NCBI GenBank assembly: GCA_944349765.1
Contig: CALVNN010000001.1
Coordinates: 87,138 to 151,137, forward strand
Source: an uncultured Clostridia bacterium
GTDB taxonomy: Bacteria; Bacillota; Clostridia; Christensenellales; UBA1242
Direction: 5' to 3'
Length of the DNA stretch: 64,000 nucleotides
Part shown: positions 57,797 to 64,000 of the stretch, piece after piece
Position numbering within the stretch: the stretch's first letter is position 1
How the letters are laid out: the number at the start of each line of letters is the position of its first letter
Translations under genes and position numbers: made by a program
The notes under the pieces: generated by a model
The model's database searches: none
Told to the model about the DNA's origin: nothing
The model's input: the letters and a program-made list of their open reading frames with translations, nothing else

Positions 57797-59122
57797 ATGA
57801 AAGTATCAAAGATAGGATTAATATCCAAAAAATTAGAAAAAATAAATGAACAATTTCCTGTGCAGGATATGTTGTTTCAAACGGGGCAAGTAAGTCAATT
57901 CGCTAGTGGTATATATGCCTATGGACATATACCATTTTTAGCAAAAACAAATATAAAAAATATTGTCAGTGATGTGCTCACAAAGTATGGCTGTGCTGAA
58001 ATTTCTTTACCTTTACTTCAACCAGAAAGTATGTGGGAAGAGTCTGGACGACTTCAAAAATACATAGACGAGCATGTGATGTTTAGATGTTTGACCAAGG
58101 AAGGAAATTATTGCTTAGCTCCTACAGCAGAGGAGGCAGTAGTCGCATTTGCTAAAGAACGTTTGAAGTCGTATAAACAGTTACCTGTGACATTCTTTCA
58201 AATAGGGGATAAGTTTAGAAACGAACTTAGAGCAAGAGGCTTTTTGCTGAGAGGAAAGCAGTTTGAAATGATGGATGCATATAGCTTTGGCAGAAATGAA
58301 GATGACTTAGTGGTAGAGTATAATAATATGAAAAAAGCATATATTGAAATATTTGAAAAATTAGGCTTAAACGTTCAACCAGTTGGTGCTGATAGTGGTA
58401 GCATAGGCGGTAATAAGTCTGAAGAATTTATGTGTGTATCAAGTATTGGTGAGGATAATGTATTATTTGATGAAAAGTCAGGTAAAGCGTTTAATTCTGA
58501 GCTATTAGACAGAGAAGATGGTGCAAAATATCTAAAAGATGTATACGGAATTGAAAATGTGGACAACTTGAAGAGTCAAAAAGCTGTGGAATTAGGTCAT
58601 ATATTCCAACTAGGTGATAAATATGCGAAGTCTATGAATGCGACTTTCATAGATAATAATGGAAAATCACAATATTTCCAAATGGGGTGTTATGGTATAG
58701 GCGTCAGCCGTACATTAGCTATGGTATACGAAAATAGTTTGGTAAATGGAGATTTAAAATCTGTAGAAATTTGTTTGCCACTTTGTGTAGCTCCTTATGT
58801 GTTATATATTGTACCAAAACTTGATGATGAAGAATGTAGTCAAAAGTCTTTGAATATTTACAATGCACTTGAAGAGCGTGGGGTAAAGGTCTTGTATGAT
58901 GATAGAGCTGAGCTAAGTATTGGGGCTAAAGTGAAAGATAGCAAAATTACAGGTACTCCATATGTAGCTATTTTGGGTAATACTTTAAAAGAAGATTACA
59001 TCGAAGTCGAAAATAATAAGACAGGAAATAAAATGCGTTTTAGTGTGGATGAATTTATTGAAAAAATTACACAACTACAAAAAGAAAAAATAAACAATAA
59101 GTATTTAGAAGATTTAAATTAA
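57797..59122 (+). CDS. proS: Prolyl-tRNA synthetase, bacterial-like but lacking the INS editing domain
   Basis: 441 aa. It has class II motif 2 (FRNELRARGFLLRGKQFEMMDAYSF) and motif 3 (GCYGIGVSRTLA). Only about 30 aa link GEDNVLFD to VELGHIFQLG, the position where E. coli ProRS carries the INS domain of about 180 aa. Confidence 0.88.
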   Translation: MKVSKIGLISKKLEKINEQFPVQDMLFQTGQVSQFASGIYAYGHIPFLAKTNIKNIVSDVLTKYGCAEISLPLLQPESMWEESGRLQKYIDEHVMFRCLTKEGNYCLAPTAEEAVVAFAKERLKSYKQLPVTFFQIGDKFRNELRARGFLLRGKQFEMMDAYSFGRNEDDLVVEYNNMKKAYIEIFEKLGLNVQPVGADSGSIGGNKSEEFMCVSSIGEDNVLFDEKSGKAFNSELLDREDGAKYLKDVYGIENVDNLKSQKAVELGHIFQLGDKYAKSMNATFIDNNGKSQYFQMGCYGIGVSRTLAMVYENSLVNGDLKSVEICLPLCVAPYVLYIVPKLDDEECSQKSLNIYNALEERGVKVLYDDRAELSIGAKVKDSKITGTPYVAILGNTLKEDYIEVENNKTGNKMRFSVDEFIEKITQLQKEKINNKYLEDLN

Positions 59123-59139
59123 TAAGTTATGAAAAAAAA

Positions 59140-59178
59140 CTTCTCAATTTGGATTATCCAATTTGAGAAGCTTTTTTT
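59140..59178. terminator. Bidirectional terminator between the convergent proS and surface-protein genes
   Basis: Stem CTTCTCAA.../...TTGAGAAG with an A8 run upstream and a T7 run downstream. Confidence 0.75.
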
Positions 59179-59180
59179 AT

Positions 59181-62100
59181 TTATTTTTTATCTTCGTCCT
59201 TTATATCGTCAGGGTTGATAATCTCTACTTCATCATTTTGTGCAGTAGTTTCTTCTATGTCTATATTATCATTCTGACTCTTTTCTACAGGTTGACTTTC
59301 TTTAGTCTCACTTATAGGCGAATTGTTATTTGATTCATATTCTCTTAAAATTTGTTCTTCTTTTTCAGCTAAGTACTCATCAGAACTTACGGTCTCTTTT
59401 TCAGCTAGAAGTTGTTCTTGTTTCTTAGCTAATTTACTTCTGCCTTTTGCATAAGCTTTAAATTCGGCTTGTGCTTTCTTTTCTTGCTTTTGAGCCATAG
59501 CTAATTCACGTTTTTGTTTGTAAGCTTTTTCGTATTCTTCAAGTTCTTGTTGATTTCTTAATAACTCTTCTTCAATTGCTTGAAGTTTTCTTCTACGTTC
59601 TTCTTCAGCTTGACGTCTTACAACTTCTGGGTGTAATGTCCTAGTTCTATCATAATTAGCTACTTTAGTACGACTAATCTTTTTAAATTTAGTTCTTCTA
59701 ATTATCACACCAACTATAGCTATAATTAGAGCTAGTCCAATAATAAGAGATGGCAACAAAATCCAGTCAAAGCTATTTCCGCCTACAGGTGTAGTGGTAG
59801 TATCCTCTTCCTCTGATTTTGTTGTACCTATAACTATTACATTAGTAGGAGCGTCTTCAGCTTCTTCATCAATGCTTGTTTTCATATTGTTGAAGTCAAC
59901 TTCACTAATAGTTTCTAACTCTAAAGAACTTAGATAAGCATTAACGGCAGTGTTAGCACCTTTAGTCACTAGTCCAAAGTATGGATTGATGGTGGATTGT
60001 ACTTCACCGCTAATGTAGAATATAAATTCGCTTTCTTCGTTATTAGTAATTTTTTCAAATTTATAATCTGTATCACTTAGTCCTATTATTATACCGCTAT
60101 CTTCTAGGTCTGTTAAACCTTCAACATATACCCTAAAGGTTAGTGTATAGAAATTAGCTGTATCTAGGGTGTAGGTAAAGTTAGAAGTAAATCTAACGTC
60201 TGTATCGTTTTGGATAGAAGATATCACTAGTTTGTTAGTATCACCTACTAAAACACCTGCATCAATTAAATCTTCGTTCTCTACCTCAATTGTCCAGTTG
60301 TAAGGTCTTGTATAGATGCCATCAGTTTCACTTGAAATTAAAGTAAATTCTTCTTTGCTCAAATCAATTACTTTGGTATTTGAATTTGCTGTAGCACCTT
60401 CAAACTCATCTGCTTCAATAGTTTCCATTATTACGTTATCAAAGAATGCATAGCCGTCTGAATTTTCACTTTCAGTTCCTAATCCAAGCACTACTTGAAT
60501 ATTTTTTGAACCATAAGTGTTGTAGAAGTAGATAGTGTAAGTTGACCAAGCTTCATTACTACTGAATGTGAACTCAGCAAGGGTAGTTGAGTCGTTAACT
60601 ATCTCAATATAAGCATTTCCATTTGTTAATGTCTTAGAGTCAATAGTTAATTTGTAGTAAGTGTTATCACTCATTGAGTAGCTTGCACTAGTATAAGTAG
60701 TGAAGTCTGCGTTAGGATTGTATATCATCAATAAATTATTATCAGCTTTATCACTTTGGTCATATTGAAGACGTGTAAATCCTATATCTTCAAGAGATAT
60801 ATATCCATAATTGCTTGAGTGTGTGTTAAAGTGATCTTTGTTTGTACTGATTATACCACTATTTGTATTATCATTATTTATAGTCCAACTTGCAGGAGCT
60901 AGTGGGTATACGCCCTCATAGTTTGCATCTGCTAGGTTGAAGAATGCGTTAGTTATAGTAGACGCTGTACCATCTGTGTATAATTGAACTTTTTTAGTGT
61001 AGCTATCTTCGCTAGCGTTTGTATATTGATTATAATTTATAGAATATACTTCAATATCATCAAAGAATACAGCACCTTTAACTAAGTTATTTTCAAGGTC
61101 TTCTGTAGCATCTACATCACCTAGTGCAAGTTTGATGCTAATTCTTTCATTTTGGAAAGGACTTCCTAAGATATAGAAAGTATATTTTGTCCAGTTATTT
61201 GTGATAGAATTTGTAGTAACAGTAGTTTGAATATCTTCAAAAGTAACAGCACTTAAATCTTCATTTTCTGGAACTATACTTACGCTAGCACCATTTTCGG
61301 TAATATTTTGAGTCTTAACATATACAGAAAGTTTGTAATATGTTTGTCTTTCTATGGTTAGCCAATCACTAGTATAAGCTACGCCTGCTTTTTCTGTATT
61401 GTTAATATACAATGCATTGATATTGTTATATTTCAAATTTGTGCCAGGGTTACTTAGGTTTCCAACTGTGGCAGAGTCAAAGTTTTGATCTAGTGTAGTA
61501 ACGCCATCAAATACTTGACTCATAGGAGAGTTTGGATTGTAACTTGCAGTCCAACCTGTCAAACTAACATCTTCAAAGCTTGCGTTTGTTACCATATCAT
61601 CTATAGCGGTTAGACTATAGTTGCCATATTTGCTATTTGTATTTGTAAAGTTTTGGCTATTTAAACGTGTAAAGAATTCATTATTATCATACTTTAACGC
61701 TCTAGCATTATCAAATAATACAGCACCTACGCTACTTTGTAAATTCTTAATTCCGAGCCACAACTCTAACGTAACTGTAGTAGAACTAAAATTATCTGTA
61801 CTGATATAGAAATTATAGGTTCTCCAGTTTTTATTTGTGTTGATTGCTGTGAAAGATTCGTTAATGTCACCGCCAGTAAGATAAACAGATGCTACAGATT
61901 CTACTTCTGTAGTAGCTCTACTGCTAAAGACAGGTAAACTTGTAGCTACATCTACACTTATTATATAGTGGCTATTAGCATCAAGTGTAAATTCTTCACT
62001 TACAATACCTGCTCTAGTAGAGTTTAAACCATTATTTATCATATATACGTAGTTATTTGGATCGGTTATACTATTTGGCAAAGCTCCAAGACCGTACGCA

Positions 62101-62372
62101 TCTTGGTTGGCTGTAAAGGTGCTGGTATTAGTAGAAATAATACCACTTTTTAAGTTTGATGTACTCAAACTTCCTCCAGCGTCATCCCAATTTGAGCTAC
62201 TAGCTGGGAAATCATCACTAGTAGTCGTGAAGTCGCCTCCCTCAATAATAGATTCGGTTGGGGTGTAAGCCATTACCTTAGGTAATGTTAACCCGACAGG
62301 GAATATGCCTATTACTAGACTTAGGCACATCGCTAAGCATAAAAATTTCATTTTAAAATTGATTTTCTTCAT
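59181..62372 (-). CDS. Type I membrane surface protein with repeated jelly-roll/CBM-like ectodomains and a coiled-coil cytoplasmic tail (1,063 aa)
   Basis: It has a signal peptide (FLCLAMCLSLVIGIF). At least three repeats of about 200 aa end in GAVLFDNA, GAVFFDDIEV and GYAFFDNVIM. One repeat opens with NASFEDVSLTGW. A single C-terminal TM segment (LLPSLIIGLALIIAIVGVII) is followed by a tail of about 170 aa rich in E, K, Q and A. Confidence 0.75.
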   Translation of the reverse strand: MKKINFKMKFLCLAMCLSLVIGIFPVGLTLPKVMAYTPTESIIEGGDFTTTSDDFPASSSNWDDAGGSLSTSNLKSGIISTNTSTFTANQDAYGLGALPNSITDPNNYVYMINNGLNSTRAGIVSEEFTLDANSHYIISVDVATSLPVFSSRATTEVESVASVYLTGGDINESFTAINTNKNWRTYNFYISTDNFSSTTVTLELWLGIKNLQSSVGAVLFDNARALKYDNNEFFTRLNSQNFTNTNSKYGNYSLTAIDDMVTNASFEDVSLTGWTASYNPNSPMSQVFDGVTTLDQNFDSATVGNLSNPGTNLKYNNINALYINNTEKAGVAYTSDWLTIERQTYYKLSVYVKTQNITENGASVSIVPENEDLSAVTFEDIQTTVTTNSITNNWTKYTFYILGSPFQNERISIKLALGDVDATEDLENNLVKGAVFFDDIEVYSINYNQYTNASEDSYTKKVQLYTDGTASTITNAFFNLADANYEGVYPLAPASWTINNDNTNSGIISTNKDHFNTHSSNYGYISLEDIGFTRLQYDQSDKADNNLLMIYNPNADFTTYTSASYSMSDNTYYKLTIDSKTLTNGNAYIEIVNDSTTLAEFTFSSNEAWSTYTIYFYNTYGSKNIQVVLGLGTESENSDGYAFFDNVIMETIEADEFEGATANSNTKVIDLSKEEFTLISSETDGIYTRPYNWTIEVENEDLIDAGVLVGDTNKLVISSIQNDTDVRFTSNFTYTLDTANFYTLTFRVYVEGLTDLEDSGIIIGLSDTDYKFEKITNNEESEFIFYISGEVQSTINPYFGLVTKGANTAVNAYLSSLELETISEVDFNNMKTSIDEEAEDAPTNVIVIGTTKSEEEDTTTTPVGGNSFDWILLPSLIIGLALIIAIVGVIIRRTKFKKISRTKVANYDRTRTLHPEVVRRQAEEERRRKLQAIEEELLRNQQELEEYEKAYKQKRELAMAQKQEKKAQAEFKAYAKGRSKLAKKQEQLLAEKETVSSDEYLAEKEEQILREYESNNNSPISETKESQPVEKSQNDNIDIEETTAQNDEVEIINPDDIKDEDKK

Positions 62373-62585
62373 ATCTCACCCTTGTTAAAATTGTAATAAA
62401 TCGTTTCGTAATCATAAGTTTAAATCAAATAATTGAAAAAAGCAATAAGCAAAATAATATTTTATCTATTTGTTTTTTTGCAATTAATTCTTACAACTAT
62501 TTTAATAGTAATAATTACTGGTAAAGTATACTACAAAAATTTAAAATATGCAAATATTTTTTATCAGTTTACTAATAATATTTAT

Positions 62586-62957
62586 ATGAAAAACAAAAAG
62601 TTTAAAAGTAATTTTATAGTAAAAGGTCTTTTTGGACTAGCTATTGGTTTTGTAAATGGCTTTTTTGGAGGTGGTGGCGGTATGATTGCCGTTCCCGTTA
62701 TGAAAAAGTTTATGGGGCTTACCACAAAACAAAGCCATGCTTCTGCCATATTTGTGATACTACCTTTAAGTATTGCCAGTACAATTACCTATATAACAAC
62801 TAATGCATTAAATATATCTAACGGACTACCAATTATAATCAGTGTTATAGTCGGTGGCGTTGTTGGTAGCTTTTTGCTAAAGAATTTGCGTTCAAAAATA
62901 ATAGAATTTATCTTCGCTTTAGTTATGATAGTTGCGGGTATTAGACTTATATTTTAA
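62586..62957 (+). CDS. TSUP/TauE-SafE family half-size (4-TM) membrane protein
   Basis: It has the GFFGGGGGMIAVPVM motif and four hydrophobic segments. I prefer the ATG at 62586 to the TTG at 62433, because the sequence upstream is AT-rich and looks like promoter DNA. Confidence 0.6.
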   Translation: MKNKKFKSNFIVKGLFGLAIGFVNGFFGGGGGMIAVPVMKKFMGLTTKQSHASAIFVILPLSIASTITYITTNALNISNGLPIIISVIVGGVVGSFLLKNLRSKIIEFIFALVMIVAGIRLIF

Positions 62958-62995
62958 TTTTAAATTTTTATAAAAAATAAAATAAGGAGCCAATA

Positions 62996-63448
62996 ATGTC
63001 TATAATTATAGGGATTTTAGCAGGTATCATCTGCGGTATGGGCATGGGTGGCGGTACATTACTTATTCCGATGCTCGTGCTTTTTTTAGGGTTTGACCAA
63101 CTCAATGCGCAAAGTATAAATTTAGTAGCTTTTTTGCCTACGGCTATCATAGCACTACTTATACAAATAAAATCTGGATTAGTTCAATACAAACAAGTTT
63201 GGCCATTAGCTTTATTTGGTTTGGTATCTGCCATAGGCGGTGCGTATTTAACACAAATAATAGAGCCTAATATATTAAAAACTCTATTTGGTGTGTTTTT
63301 GGCGGGGCTTGGTATTTGGCAACTTGTAGAGATATTTGTCAATAAGAAAAAGCAAACTTTAAAGCCCATACTAAAAACGAAAAAAAGATTTAGCAAAAAT
63401 ACAAAAAAATTAAATTGGCTTTTTAGGATTCATATTGAAATAAACTAA
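62996..63448 (+). CDS. TSUP/TauE-SafE family half-size (4-TM) membrane protein
   Basis: AAGGAG RBS, the GMGMGGGTLLIPML motif, four hydrophobic segments and a basic tail. Confidence 0.7.
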   Translation: MSIIIGILAGIICGMGMGGGTLLIPMLVLFLGFDQLNAQSINLVAFLPTAIIALLIQIKSGLVQYKQVWPLALFGLVSAIGGAYLTQIIEPNILKTLFGVFLAGLGIWQLVEIFVNKKKQTLKPILKTKKRFSKNTKKLNWLFRIHIEIN

Positions 63449-63471
63449 ATTTACAAAAAATTACTAAAAAG

Positions 63472-63497
63472 AGCAATTTTGATTTGCTATTTTTTTT
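63472..63497 (+). terminator. Weak terminator candidate
   Basis: 5-bp stem AGCAA/TTGCT followed by a T8 run. Confidence 0.35.
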
Positions 63498-63572
63498 GCT
63501 TTATAGTAATATATATCTAAGTTGTACTAAGTATTTACTTAGTAGAGAAATTTAAGTAAGCGAGTTGAAATA

Positions 63573-64000
63573 ATGAAGAATTTTAAACAAACAAAGATTG
63601 ATTATGATGAACTGATCAAAGAAATAGTGTCGGACCCCAAAAAGGTAGCTAAAGATACAGAGGGTAAATATAGACGAAGTGTATTGCAAGTCGTAAAAAA
63701 AGTCAGCTCTGATTTGGAACACAATAGGATAGTCCTCATTACTGGACCTAGTGCAAGCGGGAAGACCACTACATCAAATTTATTAACCAGTGCATTGATT
63801 GTTAGGGGTGTGCCTTGTGTGGTTATTAGTATGGATGATTTTTATATAAGTGCTAAGGATAGACAAGTGGTAGATGGTAAGATAGATTATGAAAGCCTTA
63901 ACGCCCTAGATATCGATTTGTTTAAGCAGTGTATGAACAATCTTATAAAATTCAATAAAAGTATGATGCCAAGATATGATTTTATAAATGGTGAGATGCA
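63573..64000 (+). CDS. P-loop nucleoside/uridine-kinase-family protein (partial, runs off the window)
   Basis: The ORF is open from the ATG at 63573 to the end of the window. It has the Walker A motif LITGPSASGKTT, followed by ISMDDFY as in the Udk/PRK family. Confidence 0.5.
   Translation, partial: MKNFKQTKIDYDELIKEIVSDPKKVAKDTEGKYRRSVLQVVKKVSSDLEHNRIVLITGPSASGKTTTSNLLTSALIVRGVPCVVISMDDFYISAKDRQVVDGKIDYESLNALDIDLFKQCMNNLIKFNKSMMPRYDFINGEM

Overview
This is an AT-rich chromosomal segment that reads in the standard genetic code. Two ORFs of 15-16 kb are intact, Trp is TGG throughout, and TGA appears once, as the truA stop. The gene content points to a low-GC Bacillota-type bacterium, probably an endospore former, because it carries SpoIIID, a degenerate SpoIIQ-like M23 protein and a possible YwmB-like protein. 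The lineage cannot be fixed from the sequence alone.

Housekeeping genes lie at both ends. They include prmC-prfA, an initiator tRNA, rnhB, lepB, tRNA-Arg(CCU), acpP, ttcA-like, degV, pyruvate:ferredoxin oxidoreductase, truA, proS, a split TSUP/TauE pair and a partial P-loop kinase. There is also a MarR / Fe-ADH / ALDH / HAD operon.

The main feature is a pair of tandem, paralogous giant lipoprotein genes of 5,084 and 5,343 aa, which together fill about half the window. Each has a lipobox, an N-terminal Ig-like (Big_2-type) array and about five collinear 'cap + GLUG-rung' modules. Their C-termini differ: one has PGRS-like GGxGG patches and the other has BspA-type LRR_5 repeats.

Other envelope genes:
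- a TasA/camelysin-like N-terminus fused to about 19 LRR_5 repeats, downstream of signal peptidase I
- an uncharacterised trio of a lipoprotein, a 751-aa polytopic membrane protein and a 405-aa protein
- a 1,063-aa type I membrane protein with repeated jelly-roll-like ectodomains

The most unusual non-coding structure is at the tRNA-fMet locus. Two tRNA-3'-half-like direct repeats, a duplicated terminator and perfect inverted repeats have breakpoints in the anticodon loop and the T loop.

I saw no transposase, integrase, CRISPR array, cas gene, reverse transcriptase or rRNA. All domain calls come from motif recognition by eye. No searches were run.
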